A DNA stretch of 64,000 nt from NCBI RefSeq assembly GCF_000181795.1, contig NW_003526943.1:10028849-10092848 (forward strand). The letters run 5' to 3'. Made by a program: the position numbers and the translations under genes. The DNA comes from Trichinella spiralis (Eukaryota). Below are positions 43,152 through 57,026 of the stretch, piece by piece (position 1 is the first letter of the stretch; each line of letters starts with the position of its first letter). The notes under the pieces are model-generated. The model saw nothing but the letters and a program-made list of their open reading frames with translations. It was not told where the DNA came from and searched no databases.

Positions 43152-46100
43152 ATGACCAGACGAGATCATCAAGATCCAAATGTTGAACGCTATTCAGTAC
43201 CAGCAAGTCCGGATACTTCACTTCTGGACGACGACAGCACTTTGGTGACGATGTTCATGGCCGAGAGGACGATTTTACCATCGCCTTATTATTTCACCGA
43301 AGTGCAAGTTGTGGTTCGCGAAGAGATGCGCAAAACGTTGACCGAATGGATGTTCGAGGTAAAGAGTGATAAAAGGATAATATTTTGGGGATGTTGATTT
43401 TAATTTTTCTTTCTTCAAGGTGTGCATGGAAGAACGATGCGATCGTGACGTATTCCCTTTGGCGGTCAGCTTTGTCGATCGCTTCTTGTCAATCGAAGCG
43501 GTCCACATCGACCAATTGCAGTGCTTGGGCACGGCTTGCATGATGCTCGCCAGCAAAGTGGTAGAACCGCAGCAGATTCCGTCGTGCCGTTTGCTCCAGT
43601 ATACGGATTTTTCGGTCGACATTGGTGATCTGCTCAGCTGGGAAATGTTGGTTTTGAAAAGTTTGGATTGGAAAACCAACTCGGTAACGGCCCACAATTT
43701 CCTGTCCCACTATTTGTACCGTTTGAAGCTTCCGTCGACGGTAGAAAGCTGCTTGCAGCCCCAGTTGGAAGTGCTCGTCGCCATGTTCGTCATGGGTAAG
43801 TTTGTTTTCTGCTTATTTGTTTGTATAATTAGATCTTTTATGCGGGTGAATTTGCAAACAAAAATTATATGCCTACATAAAAACCGTGGGACCAGCAATA
43901 ATAGTAACAAAATGGGGAGGAGGAGAAGTTGGTGGGCAGGGGAATTTTTTTTTTATTGTTTTTTGTAAATTTTCCATCACTTGCAATCAGGCGTGTTATT
44001 CGTATTGTATTTGGTGATTTGTTTGTCGATGAACTGTAAAACGATGAAAAAACAATGAAAACTTCCTGCCGGAGGTGAGAGTACAAAGCGTCGAACAAAA
44101 AAAAAATAATAAGTCACACATGACATGACCCGACTAATAAATTTTTCTCTATAACCGTTAGTTATTTATTTGTATTAAACGATGGACAATTTTTGTATTT
44201 TGTTTCAAAAGTGTTGATTTTTTTTTTCAAATTTTTAATATGATAATAAAATAATAATAATAATAATAAGGAAGTAAGAGACTGTGAATAAGAAAAAATA
44301 AAGGAGGAACTACAGTCGAATTTGACAGTGGGGGGGAGGAGGAAAAGAGGGTCGTACCGGTTTTTTTTGAAACAGTTTGCAAATTAATTCAGATGTAATT
44401 AATATATATTAGATGGATAGATGGTGTGAATCTTTTATTCTTTTTTTTCCTCGTCAAGTGGTTGTTACGCAACGTGTGGTCAAAATGGACAAAAAAAGTC
44501 GAGGGTCTGTTTTTCCATTCCACTTCAATGCTCAGTTGGCAAAACAAATCTTTCACCTGCTTGTAGCTAATGTGGAACGTGGTCTTCTTTTCGTTTTTCT
44601 TCTTCTTCACCGCTTCCACTGGGCACATCCCGTACGTACTAGCCTTAGGGCAGGTGGCGTGTGCCGGGGCATCTGCGTCATATCAATTATAATATACATG
44701 CAGCCTCCGGACAGTCTCGCCAGTACTGGTTGATCGGTTTTGTCTCGACCCGACACAGTTCCGATGACCGAGGGTCAAACTCCTGACGCCAGATTATGCA
44801 CCAAATTGGTGGCCCCATTGTCGTTTCAGAGTAATATTGCGTGTCTGCTTTTTTGCTAATTTTCCAGACTTGACTGACTGGACTGGTGCTGTACTGTTCA
44901 TTCAATTTTCTTCTGTCCACGACAGCTGTTTGACTTTTGCACATTTTTATCCGTGCAATATATGTTGATTAGGTTCTTTCTCTAGTAGTTGTACAACCAG
45001 ACACAACAAAACAGATGATCCGACTCAACATTGTTGGTATAGATTAATAAAATATGTATAAATATAAATATAAAAAAGACAGTCAGACAAATAACTTTAT
45101 TTTATTATTATTCAGTTGTACTAAATAAAAAGAAACAGAATTTGCCATGAAATATCCCGACCACACTATAATACTATTTTCAAAATGTGGGGGAGGAGGG
45201 AGTGCATTTCCGTTGGCTTCTATTAGACAGCTGCAAACGGGCACTTCCGGTTTTTCAATTTCTACCGTGCACACCTTGCTTGGTGGCAACTGTCACTGAC
45301 AAGCCGACTGGCTCATTTATCTGTTGACCGCCTGTTGATTTTACTTAGCCACAAGCGCTACTGCTACTACTGCTAGCTTCTATATATATACGGTGCTTCT
45401 TCCCATGACAATTGGTTTATTAATTACGTCGATCAATTTCCGTTTTCTCTTTTCGGTCTAGGTCGAAGGGTGAACTTGGCTCCAGTTGGTTTATTTTTTG
45501 TGTAGTTATCTTCTTAAATTAAAAAGAATTTTTATTATTTCTTCAAGAATCACAGTTTATTCACTATAAATAAGTTTTAATTTTTATACATCGTCTTTGT
45601 TTACTTTGTATATATGTTCATTTACCGTGAAAACGGAAGTTGACTTTATAGTCGTTCGTAGTTTTGTCTCGATTTTCAATCCTGACATTAAACTAGATTT
45701 ATCGTTATTCTTCTGTCTGATTTGGTTCTAGTTTTTTTTTCCATTTTACTCTTTCCGTACTGTCGTCTATTTCTATCATTGTATAAAATTAAAATTTGCA
45801 TATTTTGGTTTTAGAATTCCAATTTGCAATTTTGCCACAGTCAGTTATCGCCGCGTGTAGTTTGTGCGTTGCGTTTGCGCGTTTGGTTTCCGACGCTATA
45901 GCGATTCCCGCCATGGCTCGACAATTGCAAATAATGACCGGCATTAATTTTGTAAGTTTTGCCGTTTCGAATTTTTTATATTTTTATACTATTATAAATT
46001 AGTTGGTAAAATAATAATTGTTTTTTTTCTTTCGCCTTCAGGATCTGGTGCTGCATTACAGTGTGAGAATGGTAGATTTTGTGGATGAAGTTGGGAAAAA

Positions 46101-46263
46101 AGTTTTCGAAGCGCAGCAGCATGGGACTGTTATTACCAGCGGTCGTGATGATGCAACTGCGGACGTCACTTGGTCGGAAAATTATTTTGCACACCGGTTA
46201 TTCAACCACGACAATTATTACCATCAAGTTGCAGTTGGTAATGAATCGAAATCGAACTTCTAA
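43152..46263 (+). CDS. cyd-1: D-type cyclin (exons 43152-43358, 43420-43795, 45815-45951, 46042-46263)
   Basis: YFTEVQ...MRKTLTEWMFEVCMEERCDRDVFPLAVSFVDRFLS...QLQCLGTACMMLASK...YTDFSV..DLLSWEMLVLKSLDW is a cyclin D-type cyclin box. Splice phases are consistent. Confidence 0.93.
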
Positions 46264-49117
46264 CACAACCCACATCGACATACGGGTCCGGTGTTGTTTT
46301 GCGTCGTATTTATAAAAAATTTCAATCAGTTTTTTTGCTTCTGCTTGCTTTTTGTGTTTCCCTTCAGAAAATATTACATTTATGCGATATATATATAATA
46401 TCTGCATAAAATAATAATAATAATAATCATATTTTCTCCTTTTCATTTTTCCATTTGGAAACAGCTCATATTATTGAATTGTTGTTGTTTCCATCTGAAA
46501 ATTTTTTTCTTCTTTTACTTCATATGTCGCTGTAGCGACGACGGTTTTCTTCTTTTTTTGCTTTTTCTGAGTTTTAGAGAAAAAAAAAGAAAACAAAAAA
46601 ACCTTTCTGCTTTATAATTTAATAATCTCTGATCTGCGTTTGTTGTGCTTCTGCCTATCCGAGATTTACTCTACGTGTGAAAAACTCTGTGCTGTGTAAT
46701 AATTTCAATATACTTGTAGTCACACTTGACTACTTCGCTGTCTTTGTCGTGCTTGCATTTTTTAAAAATAAATGCTTTCGATGAAAAAATCTTTTTTGTT
46801 TATACTTCAATACAGAAAAAAATATATCAATGGGATGGATGTTTGTATTGAAGAAAATTATACCGCTTTACAATTTATAAATTTATGCTAAAAAAATTTT
46901 CTTCTATCATTTGTTTCTATTCTTAAATCAATCTTTGAGAAAAACGACAACTATGTAGAAATTTTTCAAAATTGAATTTTACATATCTACAGTAAGAATT
47001 TTAAAATAAGGTTCTTTTGTATACAGTAATCCTTAATGTTTATTTTCAAATTGTACGAGTGAAGGTGTCGATTTTCAGACGCCATTGTTGAAATCTAAAG
47101 TTGATTTATAGATTAAACGAATGTCATTTTAAGTGTACACTTTGTTTCGAAATAATCACGTGATGACTTGAAGTTTGAGCAACGGTTGTTTAGCGCATAG
47201 AAGAATAGCAATTTGGCCAACAGTTTTCGAATATGAATGTTATTTATTTATTGATTTTGTTCAATTTTTACAGCATATTTCAATTACGAATGGAGAATAA
47301 ATTTCTTCGATTAGAAATAATGCTGCTCAGTTTCAATTTTGTTGCAGCCGATTGCTGCCCTGAGCCATTGTGGAGTTTTGAAGTGCTGAAAGCTGAGTCG
47401 AGTTTCATTCTTAAAATATTTGTTGTCTCAACTTGACAAATCGTACGGCGGCGGTTCAATCAATAAAATTTGTTCGCCTTTTCAACCTGCACTGGTCGTC
47501 GTCGATCTAGGCGGTTTTGGAATGAAACTTTCAAACGCATTAGTGTTGATATGAATGGTGAACGAAAAATGCCAATGTCAAGCTGGAAAAGCGAATGTGT
47601 GCTAAAGTGAATGGGAAACCGTACTGGGCGTTCATTCATCTCTCTGAACTTATTCATGATGATTATTTGTCACGCCCGAAAGGTTGTGTCAGAAGCTTTC
47701 CACACCCTCAGGCTTGTAATTATTTCCAAAGCTCTTTCACGAACAGGTTGAAATTTTAATCTTTACTCAAATAAATAAGTGAATTTTAAATTTGAAAAAT
47801 TTAAACAATCACAATCACTTAATGCATAGTGTATTTTGAACGGAAACATTCGAAAACAAAGAAACAACAACAAAAATCATATGATGCCATCAGATCAGCT
47901 GTTTTTGTAGAAAAAGTTTTTTATGTAATTTATTGAAATTCAACATTGGGAAACCAATAAATAAATGTAATTTTTTTAAAAACTGATTCTTTTAAATAAT
48001 TATTTAATATAAATTTAAATTTTTAGATGATTTTAAAAAAATTTCTGCTTTATTCGAGTTCAAATAAAAAACGCTCAGCTGTTATTGGACAAATGTATTT
48101 TCGAACGATACTTAATAATTTATATTTTGTGATAATTTTCTAAATAAAATTTTGCTTTAATATTTCATATTTTTTGACAGAAAGAAAAAAAATTTTCTTT
48201 TATTAGAACACTGCTGAATAATAACATATATATATATATATATATATGACGTATGTGAACACTCATTACAAACAGTTGAATAAACAATTATTAATAAAAA
48301 AAATATATTAACATTCAATGAAGTTTCAATTGAATGAACGTTAATGAAGATTTAGCTGAAAAGAAACAAATTGCATCAAAGAATCCAGTTTGTCACATGT
48401 TCAAATTGAACAGTTGTGTTTCATTGACAATTTCAAATGGAATATAGATAATTTCTCATTTTTCTTAATTCTATGATAATAATCAGATTATATTGCACAC
48501 TGATAGATAAAGTACTGATTAAAAAAAGAAAAAGTTTAATTATGATTATTATTAATAAATAATAGACTCATGTCATATTAACACTTAAATTGGTGAACAG
48601 CAGCAGCAGCAGCAACTGTATAGCAGCAAGTTGGTGGAATATTTCATGGCATTTCAATTTTCCATTGTTACCGGATATTTTGGTACAATTTGTCGGTAAT
48701 TTCTCTTTTTCTTCATTGTTCACTTTTGCATAAAAGCAAACAACATTTACAATAGCTTAGAAGTGATTTTAGCGTTGTCATTTGTTGGTCGACAAGGGGA
48801 GAATGGTGTTTGTTCACCAAGTTGACGTCACAAAACCGTTCGATTGGCTTTAGGACGGTTACTAAATACCGATACAAATTGACCTACAAGAACTATTCGA
48901 ACAAATTCCCTCATCATTGGATTATTCTAAATTTTTCGTATCTCTTCGTATAATTTTTAATTTTCATACAATTTCTGCATGTTGTTGCTGTTGTTTATCC
49001 GCTTCATGAACTGTGCACCGCAGTATTGCATCTTCTCAGTGATCGGCAAACTTCAAAGGTAGAAATTTTGCTTTGATGCTTTTTGTTTGAGAAACAAGTT
49101 ACCACCACCACCGCCGA

Positions 49118-49197
49118 CACGTCAGGCAGGGGTATATTGTATCAGCGTGTGGAGAAGGGGTTTCTCCTCGCCGCGGGATGTCGTCATCATTAGCGTG
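49118..49197 (-). ncRNA. Possible C/D-box small RNA
   Basis: Minus strand reads CACG-cta-ATGATGA...CTGA...CTGA-CGTG: box C, box D and a 4-bp terminal stem inside a GC-rich island. No convincing target identified. Confidence 0.25.
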
Positions 49198-52100
49198 GCA
49201 GGCTCAGTGATTCGGTGTCAAAGAAAATTTTCCAAATATCACTTTTGAAATTTTGAAAAACTTCTCAACTGTTGCTTATTGAAGTTTTCAAATTAATCAT
49301 TATACATCTCTTACCGTTTTCACTGTCCAGTCCACTGTGCAGCGGGTTTTGTTCCCAAAAAATGCAAATTAGGTCAAGTGCGACAACTCCACATGAGGAA
49401 GCACTACACTACAATTCTCAACATTATTCTCTTTCCCAAAATTTATTTCATTATTAAAATTATTTTCATTATTTATTTGCTTGTTTGTTTTATTTCATTT
49501 TATTCATTTTTCATTTTTGTCATGCAGTTATTCTTTTTTTCATCAAATGATATTTTCAAAAATTGTACATCACTTCTTTTATTCAAACTCAACCTAATTA
49601 TCTTTTATGTTTTTGCTTTTGATTTTTTTTAAAAATTGTATTACAATTGAAATTTTCTTTTTATAAAATTATTAATTTTATCAATTTATCATTTCACTTT
49701 CATAAATCAAACGTAAATGACAAAGAAATTTGAAATGTGATCAATTATCCAACAGCTGACTGTCTTTTATGCAACATTGCTCATTTTGATGATATTCCTT
49801 ATAAATATTGTTCTTGTTTTATCAAATAAAAATAATAAATCTCAATAAAAATGTATGCATATATTTTATGAAATATTTTCAAATTGTAAAAATTGAGAAT
49901 TGTTAATTTTCCAATTTCTATCCAATGAATGTAAAGTACTTTTTACATTTAAATTCATTTAATGCATTAAAGTGTACATAAGCACAGTGCAATTGTTTTT
50001 AATACGGAAAAATGGTATTTTTGGTTGACAAGTATTTTGTTTGTATTTTGGGTCATGGAATTGGAATGCTGTGTAGGATATCAATAAAAATATGATGATG
50101 ACATTGTAAATAAAATTGTGTTTGATTTCATGCAAGGCAAAGCATCCAATGGTTTAACATTAACGACTGCTTTTATTAGCGTGTGAATTTGCCTCAACAA
50201 TTTCGTTTCTCTTTTGTTGTTCAAATTGTCATTTGTTGAAAATCATTCAAAAAAATATTTAATACAATAATAATAATAATAATCTAAGAAGAATGCAAAT
50301 TTATTAAAAAAATTTTCACATTGTAAATGTGCAAAATGATATATCGAACTTTATATGACATTTTAAAGATTTGCAAGTAAAACATTTTTATTTTATGCAA
50401 ATTTAAGACGAATACTTTAGCACACTTGGAAAATTGGTATTTTTGTATTGCAGAAATGAAAGGCAAGAAATGCATGCATATTTGACAAGAAATGAATTAT
50501 AATTGTAAAGATGAATTTATTTCAATTATTAAACATTGACACATGTAAAATGAAATTAATTATAATTGTCAAATAAAAATTCTTTTCATGTATTTACGGC
50601 AGCATCAGAAAATTACTTTTTTTCATTAGATTTATTTCATCATTCATTTCAACATCTCTGTAATGATATGTCATGCTGAAAACTTTAAAATATTTTGACA
50701 TTTTTGAAAACCAATTTGTTCATATAAATAAAACATAATTATATTACATACATATATATACATTTTAATATTAATTATTCAGTGTATTATTTAAAATGTT
50801 AAAAATATTAAAGCACTTTTAAAGTATATTTGAAAGGTGTTAATGATATTGTGTACAACTTCAAAGAGCATTATGTCACTTGTATTGCTTTGTTTGTAGT
50901 GTTTGATTTATTTACCTCAACATTGCATTCTCTAACTATGGTAGATTAAAACTCCAAATTTATTAGCAAACCAAAAGCATAATTTATAATATTTATTAAA
51001 AATGTAATAAATTAATTCGGCATGTTTATGATTGATCAAAAGTTGTATCTGATACTGATTCAAATAAATCTACATATGTAAAAGCACAATTAGATTTCAT
51101 TCCAATACAGGAAAAAAGTTGAAATTTGTGTGCTTATTATAACTTTTTTTAAATAAATTTGTCTGATTCAAAAGCTAAAGCAAAGCTAAAGCATTTTTCT
51201 CTGTTTGAATGAATAAAATGAAATGAAGTTTCATCAAACATTCATAGCATTCATATTTTTGAAAATTCATTAATAGAAGAAAAAAAGTATTTTTCCCCAT
51301 TAAATAATATTTATATTATTTTGATCTTTTTTAATTGTATAAAAATTTCACTTTCTCATGAAATCGTGAAGTTAAAATATCATCAAATGGCGGATGTAAT
51401 TTTTCACTTTTCAAATTGACATATTCAAACTCCATTTTAGACCAAACTGATCATTTGTCAGTTATCCAATGCAACAATTGATTTTTTTGTTTTAATAAAT
51501 TTTAGTTTGTCTCAATTAATTATAAGATAAAAATAATTAAAATGCATGGTACGTGGTAAAATGCATTTTGCCTATAAAATTTGCATTGCTCCTTTTTGCT
51601 TTGGTATATCATTTTCACTGCTTGAATGTTAAATTATTAAACTTCAGGAATATGTAATGGAATTTTCATTTTTTAAACTGATCAGTTACATAAATTTATA
51701 AATATATCAAATTATGTATATGTGTAATAATATCTTTCAAAATATTAGTCAATGGCACATAGCATATATTAAATTTGAATCGGAAATAAGTTTTTAGAAA
51801 ATTATGACCAGTTTTGCGCATGTTTTCCGCTTCAAGAAATCATTGCTAAGAAATCAAGCTGTGTTTATTATGACTGCTTTGTATAAAATTTGTTTGAATT
51901 ATCTTGAGCACAATTGCATTAAAAAAAGAGAATACTTGATTACCGTTTGTTTATTCGATACGGTTCATTCAAGATCACCGTTTAATTAAAAAAAGGAAGA
52001 AAGCAAAATATGAAATAGCCTTTTGCTTTTAATACGAGACAGAACTACTATTTTACAGTAAGAAGAAGAAGTGATTTTTATTCATTCATTTTGAGCCAAA

Positions 52101-54553
52101 ACTGAAAATTGTTCATTCATAATCCAGTTTTTATAATAGTGTAAAATCTGCTTGAAAGATAAATGTCAATTTACATTTTCCTCAATTTATTTATATGCAT
52201 TTAATCTTAAAATTTCATTTCCTGCATATTCCTTTTGAAATAGAATGAGAAAATGTTATGGTATACCACAAAAATTTCACAAGGTTTTCTCTTTTTTAAA
52301 AAGTAATATTTATGAATAAAAACCTTTTTTTAAAACTTTTTAAAATAAAATTACAATTATAACATGCATTTCTGAAACTTGTTAATCATATTTTTCTTTT
52401 TACAAGTGAAAAGATTTACCATCTTCTTTGTTGTAAAGAGAACAAATAAATCAGAATATAAAATTATTGCACAACAAACAATTTATAAAGCTATTATAAG
52501 ATAAAGACGCCGGTAAACCGATTAGCGCAATAATAGTTTGCATTCCTTTTCACCTTCACTGCCCATTCTCATTTTATGCATCTTATCATTCAACTTTGAT
52601 GCTTCAGGTAACGTTTTAACAAATAAAAGATAATATTCAAAAAAATATTAATTTTAGCATAAAGTTATAAAACCTTTCAACATGTATTAACAAAAAACTT
52701 TTTTTAATATAATACAAAGAAGTATTTTGTTCTACTGGCGAAAGTTTTATTTAAGTATATTCTATTTATTATTCAGTAGAACGGTACATATATATATATA
52801 TGTATGTATATCTGTGTCACTTCAACTATACAACATCCTTTGTCATAGAAATCATTTAAATAATTCAAATATAAAGTGAAAGTTAAATGCAATAAATAAA
52901 TAAACGAGCAATCGTCAACATTCTACATGCATTGCTGTTGTTCAGAAAATTGACAATACAAAATGTTGCACGTTTAAAATATTGAATGCAATTTTTATTA
53001 ATTAATAATCAAATTTTACTCAAACAGCCGCTATTAAAAAGACAAATAAACAATTATTTCAAGACGGATAATTGGAATTGTCGGATGAAATCAACACAAC
53101 ATAAATAATTGTACAAGTGCAAAGCTTTTGAAAAATCCATTGACAACATTTACAGATGAGTAACAATCTAAATAAAGGTACCAGTTGACAGTTTGGAAAA
53201 CGTTATCTTCATCGGTTGAATATAAATTTTCAAATAAATTATCTGACAATGTTGCATCCAGTGTTGCAATGTTGCAAATATTTGATGCGTGGTTAAATTT
53301 GAGATGCCGTTCTAAATATTGCATTCACCATTTTCTTCAATCACTTTTCTGTCAGTGAAATTCGCTTCGAAAAGGTGCAAAATCTTTCCAAATGGAGAAA
53401 ATTATTGAAAAATTTACCAATCAATCGTTTTCAACATTACACCAAAAAAACAGTTCCAGCAAACCACAATCAAACATTCAATGTGACAGTACGGTACAAC
53501 AAGTAATGCAATTGCAAAATTTGCATAACATTCAACAACAATTAAATGAAATGGATGAATGAATGGATTTTAGGTCGCCAAGGTAGTAATCAAGTTTGCC
53601 GGATATTCATTCATTAGGACCAAATTTCTACACGACTGGGTCCAGTTTCGCAAAAGGGCACTGTTTGTCTTGTCGACGTGAACTTGCATGCCAATCTGTG
53701 TGAGAACACAGTAGTGACAGAGTTACAGTAGGATATTTCAAAGTAAAACGTTGACATCGGCATGCCGACATGGTACGCTTCTCATTCAGAGTTCTTTCCT
53801 GAACGAGGCAGCCCATTTCCTATTCAAATGAACGTCAGCTGACGACTGTTGTTCCAATGTAACACATTCTTTCACATTTCCACCGTTTCCTTGTCACTCC
53901 AAGCATCTTTTGACGACAACATGAGTATTACAAAATTTTAAAGTAATTTTTTATTTTTGTACTGAAATTAATTATAAAATTATTTCAAATTTCCACCTTT
54001 TTGGCATAAAAAATCAAAATTAAATGAAATATCAAAGTTTTCATGAAAACTTTACTGATAACTTATATTCAAAATCTGAAAATGTCTGCAGTTGATGATT
54101 TGCAGTTACAAACTTTCCACGATACCGGAAGAATAACTAAAAGTTGTGCTAAAATATTTAAAAAATTAATTAACTTCAATCAATAATTAAAGCAAACTTT
54201 GATTTTACAGTGTTTTGAAGAACTCAAACAACTGGTAAACAGTTTCTTTTTCAACAGAATAAATTGTCTTCAAAAGTGCCATTATAATTCTACAGTTTGT
54301 AGAATATCTTTCTTTCTGTAAATGATCTCCCTTTTATTTTATCCTGCAACTATTAAAACTTGTCAATATAATTGGTCAAAAATGAACTGCGAATTATTAA
54401 ACTTTCATTGTTATTCACATCATAATGAATGATAAATGTTATCATAAATTATACATATTCAATTATTATCAAAAGTAACAACATAAATTCACCAACAAAT
54501 TAACAAACAAACATTTCTGGAAGCATTAACATTTAAAATGTACACTGAAATGT

Positions 54554-55452
54554 TTAACTGCGCTTTAAGCTTTTCGGTAATTTCCACTGTAGCCTGAAAT
54601 GATAACCGATCAAAGCTTTGTCATTACATTAATTAAAAAAAGTAAAACGTACTTTTTCATGAAAGATATCCATTCGTCACCCTTAAATCCGCCATGTGGC
54701 GAGATTACTTGTCGCAGAAAATCCGTAGTCAGCTTTTCAATGCAGAATTTTAAAATCATTTTTTCGGCTTCATTAAGATTTGAAAACATTTCATATTTAT
54801 TCAATTTGCGAAAAAAGTGCTCGTTATCCCAAAACGGTAAAAACTCTGGAGTGCAGGGCAGTTCGAAAACTGCAGGGTTACCATTCGTCGATTCCATTGC
54901 AACATCTGCATGAAATTGAAAACAAGAAATTTAAAACAATAAAATGTATAAAAAATATGACATTTGTTTATAAAACGGAAACAGCTGCCCAATTGGATAT
55001 TGTAAACATGCAAAGCAACGTTACTCTGTTTTAAGCCTTTGTAAGAGTTTCGCCAATGCGGCACGACTGAAGAGGAAAGCAAACTGTATTCATATTTCAG
55101 TTCTATAAAATTTAAAATAAAATATTTCATAACATATCAAAATTATATCACTTTTCAACATGGAGCATCCCTCAGTACTGCAAACATCTTCGAGCTTTGA
55201 AACATTTACAGTACCGTCATATTGCTCTCCGAATTGAATCTCGTCATCTTCATTTTCAATCACTGACAGCTAAATTTAAAACATTCAAACACATTCACAT
55301 CATCTACGTTCACTTCAAATAAATAAATTACAAAAATATTAAACCTCGTTTGAATCGTGATCCATCGCAATACCGTGAACAAATTTCTTTCTTGCACCAT
55401 GGTTTGACTGCATTTCCGTATTGTAACCTTCATCACTTTCACTTCTAACCAT
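54554..55452 (-). CDS. Hypothetical protein, about 200 aa, 5 exons, no recognised family
   Basis: Phase-consistent GT-AG chain: MVRSESDEG...DSNE / LSVIENEDDEIQFGE...SMLK / LKYEYSLL...GLKQ / NVAMESTNG...PEFLPFWDNEHFF...EWISFMK / LQWKLPKSLKRS*. Confidence 0.6.
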
Positions 55453-57026
55453 AATACTGATGAGCAAGCTTACATAATTAAAAAACTGCAATTTTGAATA
55501 TAATCGATTCGTATGGAATTGTAAATTAAATAATATAATTAACACTTACTGAATAATTTATAATTGTAAGCTATTTATAAATAACTTATTTATATTCATA
55601 ATGTATCTACCTGAAGTATTTTACACACGTAATTAAGATTATATCATATAAAAGGATTCAAATTTTTTAAATTAGTTAAATTTAAGTTTTTAAATTAGTA
55701 TTTTAAGTAGTGTTTGAGAATTATTCGTATAAAATATTCAAAATTATCACAGTGAAAACAACAAGTAAAGAATACAAAAAACAAACAAAACAGCCTAAAT
55801 AAAAAATATACTGCCTTATTTTTCACTTACTGCGTCAGTGAAAAAATCTCTCCACTTACAACTTGGAAAGCAATCGCGTATAACACTTAATTTCTACAGT
55901 AACCCGGTATAATAAGGAATATAAAGGTTTTGTAATATACTATTTTTGCTCTTTCTTTAATAATGCAGTTAAATAAGTAATTCAATAAATTTAAAGGTAA
56001 AATGAATTTTAATATAAATATAATAAGCAAAAATTTTTTTATTTTAAATTTACAGATGATTACATAGCAGCAGTAATTAATTTTATCATATTTTAAAGTT
56101 GTTTTAAAAAGTTAAATAAATTTTTTTAACTGTACAAACTACAGTTTCACCAGATAATTTTCATAAGAGTCTTTAATTTGAAAAAAAAGTCTAGCAGTTG
56201 GCAATGCTTCATAGTGTATGATTTAATTTAAAACTTTAGCCATTTCAAATATGTACTTAATTAATACACTGTAGAAAGTGATGCTGAACTTTTATACTTT
56301 TCAAAAGCTTTCACAACTTGAAAATAAAAAAGAATGTTAAAATTATTTTGTATTTTAAACTACTAATTTTGAGCTCTATTTTTCAATACACATTAAAGAT
56401 AATAATACCTTTGTTTCTTTTATACTGTAATTTTTATGATAATTTTAATTGCGCACTTTTTAACTCTCACATTTCTTTTTTCTTGATACTCATTCTGGTA
56501 TGAATATTTTATTTTAATAAATTTCAAGGTTTTCTTTATTATTTTTTAAACTTATTTTCTTTATGATCTTTCTAATTTTTCACTTTATATTCAATTATTT
56601 AAGATTATTTTTTTGTGGACCACATGTTTCATAGCTGATTTCAAGTAGTACTGATAATTTTTTCTTTTGGATACTGAGCGTTTTTTTTAATTTTTATGAT
56701 TTTGAAGTGTAATATGAATATCAATTTTAATTTTCACGATACTTTTGCTGTTATATGTTTATTTCATTTTATGTTGTATGTTTGTGTATGTGTGTTACTT
56801 GTGTTTAACATTTTTTGTTTGAGCGGTAATTAAAAAATAAAGTGGACAATTCAGAAAATTGAGACCGTTTAATTTTGTTGATAGAAATATTTACTGCATG
56901 CTATTTTGTTTAACTTTCTTATTCTAAATAGTTTCTGAATGAAATGAAACAATTATTTTTTTGTTTTAGGTGTGGTTTTCGTTATTTCTTTTGTTTTCGT
57001 TCTTCCTTCTTTTTTATTCGTTTCTG

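Noticed and set aside
53555..53614. Inverted ATGAATGAAT/ATTCATTCAT repeat suggesting a pre-miRNA
   Set aside because: Pairing collapses after about 11 bp, and TGAA repeats are common throughout the window.
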